This document shows positions 12,612 through 25,060 of a stretch of 64,000 bases of DNA, in pieces. This stretch comes from Lama glama (Eukaryota). Where the stretch lies: contig CM052816.1 of the NCBI GenBank assembly GCA_028534125.1, forward strand, positions 79,796,001 to 79,860,000. The letters are read 5' to 3'. The translations under genes were made by a program, and so were the position numbers. The notes under the pieces are model-generated. The model was not told the DNA's origin and searched no databases. It saw nothing but the letters and a program-made list of their open reading frames with translations. Within the stretch, counting starts at the first letter, position 1. The number at the start of each line of letters is the position of its first letter.

Positions 12612-14366
12612 GTGAGTGGTCATGGAATAGGTGCCGTGTAGTGAGGCCGGGACAGGAAAAGTACAGGGAGAAACTGCTTTAAACCCTCCTCTGTGGTCCA
12701 GGCAGAAAGCATCCACAGTGGAAATTCCAAGACGTGGGTGTAAGTTAATGAAGCTTTTCCTAGTTGACTGGTTAGTTTGTTAGTGGATTAGTTGGTCCAT
12801 TTAAACAAGGACAACAGAACTTAAACATCCACAATGAAGACCATCAGATAAGTTGCAAACAGGCATCGGTAAATGCTGCCATTACTCCACATGGAAAATT
12901 CCTACTTGGGGAGTGCATCAGGGACAGCTTAAATGTTATCAAATCTCATAACCAATATTCATCCTAATTTTTGCCAGAATAATATTAACCAGCTTGGTGG
13001 CATTCATTTTACCTTAATAACAAAACTTGTTTGGAAATGACAGTAAAAAGGAAGAAAAAAAATCCAGCCTCTACGTTAGAAGTGGGTCACCATCACAGAT
13101 ATTCAAAAACTAGTTCCAAAAAAAAAAAAATTATAAAATAGCTTGAGTTAAGGTAACATTTTTGGATATAGCACCTCTAGGGGACACTGAAGGGAATAAA
13201 ATCCCTGGCTCCGTCAACTCCAGCCTGTGTCTTTCCTAAAGGGATTAATTTCCATTATAATCACACCTTGTACTGGAGTGCGTCAAAGAAAGCAGTCGTT
13301 TACCTCCTAAGAATAGCAATGGAGATGGAAAGACGGGAGGCTGGCCACCAGGGCCTCCGAAGTGGTCCCGGCTCATTTCTGGGTGGCCCACCATGAGTCT
13401 ACTAACCGGTGGTTAGACCCCCAAGAACAGGTAGAGACCTTGTATGATTTATATCCATTTCAGTCCTGCCAGCTTTGCCTGGACAGTTTTTCTCAACTAA
13501 AACTTTCCTCAGAGAGGACATTGGGCTGTCCCCTTAGCAGAATTCTTTCGCAGTTTCTTTCACATGCAGCCAGGTGTCTGTGATCCCCACGATGGCTGGA
13601 CGGCCCCTGGTGCCCTGCACGTGGAAGCGTGTGTGGTCCAGCTCCTCCTCCCTTCCCCCACCTGCCCGTACCAGTTTAGGGAATGTGAACCAATCGAAGT
13701 CCTGACAAAAGTTAACCTGCTGTTAAAACAAGAAAAAAAGTATATTCAGCCAGTCAGTTTACAATCAGCCCCATTGGTGAAGAGAATAAACTCTAACTTT
13801 TGGAAGCAGCACAGAATGAAGCTGCCACCGTTGGATTAATTAGGGGGAAGGTGGACTGAATTCAAAGAAAATAATGGATCTCAGAATTTCCTGTGATATG
13901 TGTTTTTACCATTTTCAAGAACCTAAATGGAAACTAACAAAGGGTGACCTTCAGAAGGACTGTCCTAATGACTAGATAAAGAACAGCTAGAACCTTCTGG
14001 TGTGCAGGCATTGTTTATAATGCTTAGTCTGTGTTAACTCAGTCAGTGCTCATAGCAATTCTATAAGGTTTGTCCTGTTGTCACCATGCCCATTTTACAG
14101 ATGAGTGAATTTAAGTCCCAGATGGTTAATTTACCTGTCAAGATCATGCAGTGTATAGGGACAGAGCCAGAACTCAAACCCAGACTCCAACACCACACTA
14201 ACCACTGGGAAAACTTGCCTCTCAAGAATGAGGGAACAGTGGTGCAGAAAGACAAAGGATGGCAGAAAATGCTGGAGCAGATGAAGAACTTGAGTGCGGG
14301 GCCAGTGCTGCCACCCAGTGATCATACATGTCATCTTAGTGAGCTAGCCTTGGCTTCCTCTTCCTT

Positions 14367-14690
14367 ATTTTTTAAATTTTTTTTTAACTGAAACACAGTC
14401 AATTACAACGTGTCAGTCTCTGGCGTACAGCACACAATGTCCCAGTCATGCATATACATACATATATTCGTTTTCATATTTTTTTCCATTAAAGGTTATT
14501 ACAAGATATTGAGCATAGTTCCCTGTGCTATACAAAAGGAACTTTTTAAAATCTATTTTTATATATAGTGGCTAACATTTATAAATCTCAAACTTCCAAA
14601 TGTATCCCTTCCCACCCCCTTTCCCCGGTAACCATAAGATTGTTTACTACATCTGAGAGTCTGTTTCTGTTTTGTAGATGAGTTCATAGT
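14367..14690 (-). mobile_element. L1 3'-end fragment, same family
   Basis: Poly-T followed by ...catagttccctgtgctataca...tctgtttctgttttgtagatgag. Confidence 0.8.
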
Positions 14691-15222
14691 ATTCTGGCTC
14701 AGCTGGGCCCTCCTCATGACTAATTCTCAGGAAGAAAGGGACATCAAAGGGAAGAGAGTAACCAGCCTATCTGGCCCGGGTGGCGGGTGCCCCAGCGCCA
14801 ATCTGCTTGCTGTAACCCTGGATTCATCCAGCCTGAGGCAAACGTAGCTTCCCCACCCTTCACCCCTATACACAGGAGATCCTTATTAAGGATTATTAAT
14901 CATCATGATCTTTTTCACATGCATTGTCTATATAGCCCTCGCAGCAGCCCTGGGACATACTGCTTTTAGTGTTTCCATTCAACAGAGTTAACATAGGTCC
15001 AGAGAACTTAAGAAATGTGTCTATAGTCACACAATGCTAGTAAATGGCTCCTGGTGCCTAAAAGCTCAGGCACAGATTAAGTGGTTTGTTTGGAACAGTA
15101 CAAGGATTAAGTGATGAAGATGGCTGGTGATAATGATATTAAGGAGGAGGAGGAGATGGAAGAGGAAAGAGAAGAGACCAAGGAGCCAGGAAAACCAACA
15201 CTTCTTGAAACGTTTCCAGTGA

Positions 15223-15471
<249 letters not shown>

Positions 15472-16357
15472 TGATGGGAACTACACACGCACTTCCTAAG
15501 CAGTGGAAAGGGGAAACTGTCTGTCTGCCAGAGTGTGGAAGACGTGGAAGAAAAGTAGCCCTTTTTGCTCTTGCTGCAGGGAAGACTAATTCTCCCACCC
15601 CCATGATGAAACGCAGGGTTCTTCCACACCGACAGGGTCTAGGAAAACGTGCCGCAAAGACAAAACCAACAGGAGAGATCCTCGTTAACCAACCAGAAGC
15701 CAGCCCTCAAGTTTCCGAGGGAGTCATATCCTTGAAGGAGACTCTGACTTGGTCTTGCCACACTGATAAGCTATGAACACAAGGTCCGGAGTGACAGTTT
15801 TCTCTGTTGATCATCCACAGAACAGCTAAATACAGTACAATCTCACTTAACCAGAACATTCTATAAATTGAACATTAGAATTAGCTGTATTTCCCATTTC
15901 AGGGAGGTTTTACAGAAAACAATTTTATGAAATGTTTATTGTTGAAAACCTTAAAATTACTTCGTTTGTTTTCCCCACCATAGCAGGCACACTTCAGAGG
16001 CTCTAAAGGGTAATTAAGTGCCTGGTACTATCTCAGTGTTTTAATTGAATGCATAAAGGTGCTAAAATGTGGATGTAGAAGGTGAAGTATAATGAATATA
16101 ACATAATGAAGAATATATTCATATACTCACCCTGAAACAGTCCAGAAATTATGTTACTAAACCCTCGAGATGATATTTTTCAAAAATATTTCCTTCTTAG
16201 TCTCAAGAGTGGAATACAGGAAAAAGGTTTAGCTAATGAAGGTTCCATGTAAATTCCCATGAATCAAGTTTTAAGGTACTTTTCAATTCACACAACACAT
16301 TAAAGATTTTGTTATCAAACGTCTCACTGAGTAAATAGGCAATTTTTCCTTAGTCAC

Positions 16358-16700
16358 TGTATTAGTCAGATTGGGCTACCATAACAAGATATCACAGGCT
16401 GGATGACTTACTTAAACAACAGACATTTATTTTCTCAGCGTTCTGGAGGCTGGAAGTCCAAGACCAAGGTTCCAGCAGGGCTGGGTTCTGGTGAGACCTC
16501 TCTTGTAGATGACCACCTTCTTCCTGTGTCCCCACAAGTCTTTTTCCACCGAGAAAGGCTCTGGTGTCTCTTCTTCTTATGAGGACACCAATCCTATTAG
16601 ATTAGGGCCCCACCCTTATGACCTTATTGATTATTTTCCTCCCTAAATGTGCTATCTCCAATTACACTGACATCTCCAATTATACTCACATAACATTCAC
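16358..16700. mobile_element. MaLR LTR (MLT1/MST type)
   Basis: tgtattagtc start; acatttattttctca...ttctggaggctggaagtccaaga...cttatgaggacacc hallmark; end approximate. Confidence 0.8.
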
Positions 16701-16853
16701 TATCTGGAGAGTGAAGAACGAATTGGATGTGATGCCATGAAATATATTAAACATACATGCACAACATGAAAGTAAATATAGTCCAGATGACATGATGGGA
16801 GATTATAGATAGGGGTGTGTCACTCTATATCCATCTTTTATTTTCTCCCCTAG

Positions 16854-16945
16854 AGATTGCCAAGTCTTTGGCTAGACGCCTGCATCATTTCAACACCTTT
16901 GGCGGGAACCCCATGGCCTGTGCCATTGGATCAGCAGTGCTTGAG
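16854..16945 (+). CDS. AGXT2: AGXT2 exon 11
   Basis: ccctag|AG...GAG|gtaatt, 92 nt; [30 protein letters not shown]. Confidence 0.97.
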
Positions 16946-18237
16946 GTAATTCCATCACTCATTCCACAAAAAGACTGCTCCAAAGCTACACACCCATTGG
17001 CAGAACTCTATCACATCGAATTATTAAAGTGAAGTCTTAATTACTAGTCCGTGAATTTAAGTTAGATGTCCAGTTATTATTCTGCCCTTTCCCCCTCTTT
17101 TTAAGATCTACTGTGAGAGCTTAACGTCTTGGATATGAAGTAATATATAATAAACCTCACAGACACAGGAAATATAAGAATTCCCCTGGCTAGCTGGTAG
17201 CACTGAAATTTCTTTGTGAGTTGAGTGGTATTTTATGGATGGTTACCAATGGCTGTCCTTGATTTCAGTTGAATTTTGGCCCTGACTTGTCTAGTCTTCC
17301 TTACTTTTGCTGTACCGTCATAAATTAAAGGACTAGAGAGCAAGTGAGTTCCATGCAATTACTCTCAGGTGATTCAGCTGTTTTTCAGCCCCAGGCCACT
17401 GATTTTGCCTGGGGTCTCAGCTGTTGAAAAAGATTTAAATGCCTTTGCTAACATGCATAATAGCATTTGCTTAAATGAGCACAACTATTTCTGGAAGAAT
17501 GTTTGAGAAATTCATCACAGTGGTTGTTTGTAAAGAGGGAAACTTGGTGGCTAGGGGACAGGGGTCAGCGAGGCTCTTTCTTCTCTACACTTCCGTACTT
17601 TCTGATGTTTGAAATAGGTACACGATTCATTTATTCAAAAAATTAAATTTAAAAGTAAGGAAAGGCTGCCCTTGCTAGTTAAAAAGTATTTTCAAATATG
17701 ATAAAATCTTGAAATGAGAAAACGTGGGTAGGGATGTGTTATTTATTTCATTTTCTAGACATTGCCAGCTTACTTTTTTTAAGTGCTGTGTCACCTCAAC
17801 CAATTTAGAAGATAGAGAGGATTTAGATAAACAAATAATTCTTAAAAACATGAAGTTCTGTCTGGAGTCATGCAACCATTATCAGCTAGATATAAATGTA
17901 GGACACTGCACGAATCTGTCAAGAGTCACAAGGCTCTGCTGTGGGTGGAAGTAGGTGAAAATCCTTTTGTATCTTCAGGTGCCCTGACTCTGGGCCCACA
18001 CAGAGCTCAACACTGAGAACTGTCTCCTGTTTTTCCTCAGTTTTTACCCAACCCTCAAGATAAGGGAGATACAGAGGAAGCATCCCCTCTGCCAAGACTT
18101 AGGACCACACTAGACTTTGAGTTCTATTGGTCTGGTACCGATTTTGTAAAGAGGGTCACGTGCATTTATTTCTCTCTGTTTCTGTCAAGTTTAAAACTTT
18201 TTTTAATGCAAGGTCATTTGGGGCTTCCTCTTAACAG

Positions 18238-18387
18238 GTGATTAAAGAAGAAAACCTGCAAGAAAACAGCCAAGAAGTGGGCACCTATATGCTACTGAAG
18301 TTTGCTAAGCTGCGGGATGAATTTGAAATTGTTGGAGATGTCCGAGGCAAAGGGCTCATGGTAGGAATAGAAATGGTGAAGGACAAG
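18238..18387 (+). CDS. AGXT2: AGXT2 exon 12
   Basis: taacag|GTG...AAG|gtaggt, 150 nt; [50 protein letters not shown]. Confidence 0.97.
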
Positions 18388-19436
18388 GTAGGTTCTGACC
18401 TGCTGCTCTCTCTGCCACTTCTTGGGGGCAGCAAGAGTTAAAGCAGGACCCCTCGGTCATTCTTTCTCAGCGAGAGAGCACACAAGGACTGCAAGGCTCA
18501 GCCAGGAGGAGTTAGGGATGAGCAGAGACGGGTGGGTATGAAGCAAAGGCTAGCATGCCATCAAGAGTTCTAGAGGAGTGAGGAAGAGCATTGGGAAGAG
18601 GGAGCTGATGCCATGCCTGCCAGACTAGGCAAAGGGCATCGGTGATGACTGAATATTTTGAGTTAGAAACATTAGGAAGGGAGGAAGTTGTCTGAGGAGG
18701 AGCAGGTGATCCAGAGAGCTCATGGAAGTAAGAGAGAAGGGCCAGGAGAAGGTTGTGGTGATGGTTCGGGGTGAGGATGATAAAAATCTATAGGGTTTTC
18801 TATTTGTTTGTTTGTGAATGGACTTCAGTCTCCCAAGTAGCCAGGGAGGAACGTGACCTCCTGATGACGTCACCACTGTGATGTCAGACTGAAATGACCA
18901 CAGGTGAATTTAGCATTTTCCCTCAAGCCAGTTATTCTTCCCAAGTTCACTGTTTGTGTTACACCCTCCACCCTCCTCCCAATTCCTCAGCCTCAAAAGC
19001 ACAAAATAATCTGTGGCTCCTTCTCTCCCCTTATTTCTAATGTCAAGTCCTGTTGAGTCTTTCCTTGCCATGTTTCTCAGATCTTTTCCACTGCTTCTAC
19101 TGCTGCCCCTGAGGTCCACGGTAGTAGGAAATTGTCCCAATCCTCTGTCAAAACAAAGCCAAGATCCTCTGGGGAGAGTGACAGAGAGGGATCTCGGCAC
19201 AGGGAGAGGTAGTCAGACCAGCCGCTTTACCCTAACTCCTGTGCGGGGAGACCCCGCTCTCCCTTTGGTGACTGCTTGCTGTTTGATCTCACCACATCAC
19301 CCTAGTTTAGAAGGACTGATGCTCAATTCTTTCAATACTCAGACCAGACCATGGATATAAGACTCTCCTATTAATACCACACAGCACAGTCAGTACAAAG
19401 CTGGGATGCTTTAAACAAGACTTAAAAAATCAGGGA

Positions 19437-19558
19437 TAGAGTGCATGCCTAGTATGCCTGAGGTCCTGGGTTCATTAAAAAAATGAATAACCTAATTACC
19501 TGCCCCCCAAAAAGATGAAATAAATAAATAAATAAAAATATAAAGGTTTTTTTAAAAA
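19437..19558 (+). mobile_element. 5'-truncated tRNA-derived SINE (vic-1-like)
   Basis: gaggtcctgggttca B-box region, A-rich tail, perfect 15-bp TSD ttaaaaaatcaggga at 19422-19436 and 19559-19573. Confidence 0.8.
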
Positions 19559-20043
19559 TTAAAAAATCAGGGAAAACAATAGGAAAATAAGAGTGTTATG
19601 AGACTAGACCCTCTGGCTAGTAACAGCCGTAACATAGTTATCCTCAGCTTGAGGCCCCATCCAGGGCTGTTTTAAGGCTCAGAAGAGTCCATCCTAGTCC
19701 CCCGACCCAGGAGATCCCTCGAGGACATCTAGACTCCTCAGAGTCCAGACTCCTCCAAGGAAAGCCCACAAGAGAAGAGAGGGTCCTCCCTTCCCACTAA
19801 TCCAGACCCAACCTCCGTGTGCTCGAAGACATATGAACAGAGATGTCCATCGAACTTGATTTGTCATGGTGAAACATCAGAATCCTCCTGTATGGCCGTG
19901 GATGTAGAACAAGCTAGACCGTGATACGTTCATACTACATGGCGTAGAAATATATGTGACACGGAAAGATGTGCAAAGTGTATGGTGGGAAAAATGAAAC
20001 AGGCTATGAACTGATACGTGTAGAATGAGCTGTTTCCTCTTCC

Positions 20044-20062
20044 CGCTGCCCTCTGGTGGCTG
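20044..20062 (-). promoter_or_regulatory. CTCF motif
   Basis: Minus strand reads CAGCCACCAGAGGGCAGCG, matching the CCASYAGRKGGCRS core. Confidence 0.6.
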
Positions 20063-22254
20063 CGGGCATGGGCTCTGAAGGAGCGTCCCCATCCCTTACT
20101 TCTATGCATTGTCCCTCAAGGCTGTTCACTTTCCCACTTCCAACTATTGCTCAGACTTTTCTCCAAGCAGGGGACACAGCCTCTCCTCTCTGTGTCTACC
20201 TACCTACAGGAATCCTCTCCTTTTTCAGGATCCAGCTCTTCATCACACCTCCTGTCTAAAGCTGGCCTTTCCTTCTCCCCTGGGGCTCCAGCCTTCAAAG
20301 AGTCCCTCCAGCACTCACTGTCTAAAGAGCTCCTTTGAAAGGATCATTCAAATAACTCATGTATTTGCTGACTCAGTTTTCATGTATAAACACCTTCTTC
20401 TCCTAAATAAATCGTACACTTTTGAGGCCAGGAAATATGCAGGTGGTGAGTGCTTTATAAGTGTTTGTTGATTGACTTCAGGCCCCTGCAGCACTTCAGA
20501 CCACGTTCATATAATTATAACAGCTCAGAACTTGGGTCTAATGCTGCCCAGCGTAGCCCAAAATCAAAACTCCATGTGCTGTTGGTGAGGATGTGAATTG
20601 GTACAGCTCTTTGGAAAGAAATTTGTCTGTATCTACCAAAAAAAATTTTTTTTCCTTTTTTGGGAGCAAATGTGTACATTGAATTTGCATAAATTAAATG
20701 CACTTAGAGATGTAACTTCAGTGTCAACAGCAGCTTTTTCCACCATCACAAGGGAACCAAATTCTTCCCATCTAGAACTGTCACGGAGGGTTTCTGAGGC
20801 GTGTCCTGTAAGGAGCGAATGCCCCATGGCCACCCTTCCCACAGGAGTAGGACATGGAGACATTTTGACCTAAGAATTCTACTTCTAGAGATGTGTCCTA
20901 AGGAAATGCTCACAGAAGTGTGTAAAGATAGATGTGAGCAGGGATGTTTGCACCATTATTTATAATCACAAACAAAAACTTGAAAACAACATAAATGCCC
21001 AACAATAAGAGATTAAACAAATCTCTACCAACAAACAACAAAATACTGAGTAATCTTTAAGAAGGCACTGACATGGAAAGATGTTTGAGACACATTATAA
21101 ATTTTTCAAAGCAAATTGCAAAAGATTATAAAGTACCACTTATTTTTTAAATATGTGTATAAGTGTATTTGCATACACAGAAAAGGTGTCTAGTGCACAC
21201 CAAATTACCAACAGGCAGTGTCCCTAGAAGTGGGATCCAAGGAGGGGAAATTTTCCGTCTTTACTTCGTGTATTTCCATATTGCTTTAAGAGGTTTTCCC
21301 CAGTATCTGTAGATTATTTTTATAATTGTTTAAATGCAGGCTTACCCCTTCAAAAAAAGCCAAGAAACAAAATACGTAAACACAAAAGTACATTATACCC
21401 ACAAGAAGAGGTCAATTACACACAGGACCTGGGTAGGCTGTCCTGTGGTTTTGCCTCGTTTGATTTCCCATGAGATGCATACAAGATGCTCAGTTAGAGC
21501 AGTGGAGGCCAGGGAGTGATAAGATAGCCAAAGGGGCAGGGAGGATGCTGGATCAGACCAGGGTAGGGCCGAGCAAGTCCACCTCTCCAAACCCTTGATA
21601 TCCACCAAGACCCCACCAATCCCACCGGCCCTTGAGCACCCTTTCCGGACAGTGCTGGGACCCCTCTGACCCTCTGACCTCTTGTCCCCCAAACCATATC
21701 TGCGTTCTTCCCAGATCTCACAGCTTAGCCCCGGGTGATTTTGCTGTATTTTCATCTTCTCTCTCTAACGGATGAGAAGCCCGGGGGCAGGCAGGAGTGC
21801 GTGATGACATTTTATCCTCAGTGAGAAGACTGTAGTCTTCCGCGCCATCCCAGTTCCTCCCTTTGCTAGTAGTCTGAAAGTTTGAGTAGTATTTTCCTTA
21901 TCTTAAAGCTTCTCAGCAGGTAAAGAATGCAAACATCTCTGGCGGTCCAGTTTGATTCTGTGCCGGTACACTGACACCTAACCAGGAATGAAGGATTGGG
22001 GGCTGGTGGGGGAGGGGCGTGGGTACCACAGCCCAGAGAGAGGGCAGGTAGGAAGCCCTGAGCAGAAGAATGAAGCTGGGAGCACCAGAGGGAGCCCTCC
22101 TCCACCTCACAAGGATCGCCGGGACTGGCCGTGAGCCAGGATCAGGCCTCATGTGTTTGAAACCAGAGAGCCAGGCCGGGCGCTGCTGCTCACAGACGTG
22201 CTGCAGAGAGACTAGCTGCCGCGATGGCACCCAGCGCTCACTGCTCACTGGTGC

Positions 22255-22405
22255 TCAGCCCGCTCACCTGAAGAGCATTTTACAAACCCATATGCCCAAG
22301 CCCTGCCCCAAATATTCTAATGCCATTGGCCTGTCACAGGGCCCAAATATCTGTAGTTGAAAAAGGCTTCCAAGTAACACAGACACTAAGTCAGACTTGC
22401 AACGC
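22255..22405. mobile_element. MER5-like hAT element
   Basis: tcacctgaagagcatttta...atgcccaagccctgcccc...ttctaat...gggccc...aaaggcttccaagt pattern; limits approximate. Confidence 0.55.
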
Positions 22406-23076
22406 TAGGAGGAGTGTTTGTCACAGACTCAGAAGTCCCCGGGGCCAGTGTCATCAGAGCAGTCTTAAGTAGAGAACAGCTCCTGATGCCTAGCGACCCA
22501 AAACACCCTCTGGGCTCCAGAAACGCCTACCTTTCCTGATCCTGGGGGACTAAGTCTCGGGTGAGAAAGAGCAAATTCCACAAGCAGAGAAGGTGAGGAC
22601 AAACAGTCCCACGCCTGGGACATGCTGTAGCCCAGGGAAAGCTTGGCCCATTCATGCCTTTGTGCAACTTCTGAGCCATTTCCTGGACTTTAAAATGAGC
22701 TCTTTACACGAACAAAACAAAGTGAAGAGTTGAGGACACTTTCCATATAAATAAAGCAGATTCCAAAGACGGCCATTCAAGAACCAAGTTCCCAGGGTAA
22801 CCATTGGCAGGGCCAAGATTCACTGGCGATCTGCATTCAAATTCATCTTGTCTTTGGGAATTTGGGATGAACTGGAATAAAAACAAATATTTTTAATAAC
22901 ACCCACCCCCAACAAAAAAACCTGATCCAGCAATTAGCAGCTTTATTCAATTACGGGGGAGAGAGAGATTGAGAGAGAAGAGCATTGATTGCTTGAGTTG
23001 CTTTTTATTCTCTTGGAAATAATGTCTTTAATCATTCAAATGCCAAATATAAAAAAAAATTTTAATATATATACAG

Positions 23077-23175
23077 GCGAGCCGCCAGCCTCTTCCCTGT
23101 GAAGAAGTAAATCAAATCCACCAGGACTGCAAATACATGGGGCTTCTCATTGGCAGAGGCGGCATTTTTTCTCAG
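23077..23175 (+). CDS. AGXT2: AGXT2 exon 13
   Basis: atacag|GCG...CAG|gtaaga, 99 nt; [33 protein letters not shown]. Confidence 0.95.
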
Positions 23176-23342
23176 GTAAGAAAAAGGCTGATCTTTACCT
23201 ATCACTTTAAGTAGGTGCCTCCCTGTTGTCCTAATGCTGGTCCTTTTACTTCGCCACTATGCTAGGGGACCCAGTTCCACCTCGTTTCGGTTTTAGTGCG
23301 CAGGTATTAAAAAAAGAAAAAGAAAAAGATAGTGATGCCATT

Positions 23343-23361
23343 AGGCCACGAGGGGGCGCTG
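23343..23361 (+). promoter_or_regulatory. CTCF motif
   Basis: AGGCCACGAGGGGGCGCTG against consensus TGGCCACCAGGGGGCGCTA. Confidence 0.65.
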
Positions 23362-24849
23362 TGTCTAAATAGTTTGGTTACTGCGGTTCTGTGGGGAATA
23401 AACACAGATTAACAGTCTAACAAGGTAGAAATCGGCCGTACAGACAAGCTAAAGGGTTTACAGGATAGGTCATAATAGTGTCATAACGGTCATGCCTAAG
23501 AAGTTTGTCTCATGTATGAATTAGCTTTAACCTCTGTAAGAGCGAGCCTGGTCGTTTTTAATTCAGCCCTGGGCTCTGACCTCATGAACCCCAAGCCTGC
23601 TAAGCCTTAGTGGCCCCCGTGGCCAGGAGCAACGTAATAGCGCTGGCAGGCCCGGGGGACTGCAGGAGAGGTGGGGGCTGAGTCCCACATGCAGAACTCA
23701 AAGTCAGCCACTCCCAGTGCTCTGCACCCTCGGGCGGGGAGAGGCGGAGATCAATCTCTCCCTGCCCCACTCCTGGGAAAACCAAGTCCAGCTCCACCAT
23801 CGGGGCCCAGCGTGGCCCTGCCCCTGGGCACGGGCTGCTACTGCTTCTATAAGGAGATCTGCTCCTCAACCCCTTACACCAGCAGGACCCTCTCCAGGGA
23901 TTAGCCCCGGGGCAGAGATTTAAGATTTAGGGTGACATCTGCTCCTCCCCTGATTTGTTTTTTGGCCTTTGTCATCTTTTTTTCTCATTTTAAACATAAG
24001 TCATTCTCCCCAGTTCCTCGGTTCCAGCCCTGTCTCTCCCTCTATGTCAGTGAACACTCTTGCCTCATTCTTCTCAGAGAAAGTGGAAGCTACTAGCTAA
24101 GGTATCTCATGAGCTCATCTGTCCCCAGAGCCACTTCTTACCTCTTTTCCTAAAGGTTCAGAGAGTTAGACATCTCTCCTGTTCAGACCTACATCTTCCA
24201 CCCACGCTCCTGACCCTCGACCCTCCCTCCCTTTAAGAAAACAGACCTGTGTCCTCTCGTATCTGCAGCTTTTCCTCAGCTTCCCCTCAGCCTGTAAACA
24301 GGTAGACTTAAAGTTCTCCCAGCCCAAACCAAACCACAGTAAACAAAACCAGAATGGGCACTTTTGCTGGGACATACTCGATGAGTCTTTTCTAGTCCTG
24401 GTCACAGATACTTTTCTGCACAGATCAGACAGAGTAATTTAATGATGAAAAATCCGGAGACAGGCAACTTAAAAAGACAGAAAATAATGAATTGTTTACT
24501 TGCTTAGTTATTCCTTAGTTCTCTGGCGGCACACACTCAAGTACTAAGCAGCAGTTGCTAAGCTGGGTCCTAGATAAATAAGATCTGTCCCTCTCTTCCT
24601 GGAGCTGGCAGAAGAGAGAGACATAAACAGAAAATCATAATACAAAATAGGAAGCTTATCTATAGCCATAAAAAGGGATATTAGAGGAGGAAAGAACAGG
24701 GACTCCTAGGCCAGTCTTTCTGGCTAAGCTAAGCCTTAAAGAATGAGGTAAATACTCAAAGCACGTGCAGAAACACAGCAGCGTGCAAAGGGCTACACGC
24801 ACACTGATTGGCTGGACCAGGAGCCTGGGGGCACTGAGTGGTAATGGTA

Positions 24850-25060
24850 AGAAGCCTTACTACTTGTCAGACTCTGTTCTAAACACTTTGCATGTATTGA
24901 CAAATTTAATGCTCTCAACAAGCCTATGAAATAAGTACTATTATTATCCTTGTTTTACACATGGAAAAAAAAGGCACAGAGAGGTTAAGTGAATTGCCCA
25001 AGTCACACAGCTAGTAAGTGGCAAAGCCAGGATCAAACTCAGGCAGTCTGATTTCTGAAT
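24850..25060. mobile_element. MIR SINE inside L2 debris
   Basis: ggcacagagaggttaagtgaattgcccaagtcacacagctagtaagtggcaaagccaggatcaaactcaggcagtctga core; other MIR-like copies near 9.0, 9.2, 14.1, 15.0, 29.3, 40.1, 40.8, 43.8, 59.9 and 61.6 kb. Confidence 0.8.

Noticed and set aside
19818..19880. gtgctcg start suggesting a U6 snRNA copy
   Set aside because: Similarity stops after a few bases; the context resembles decayed L1ME.
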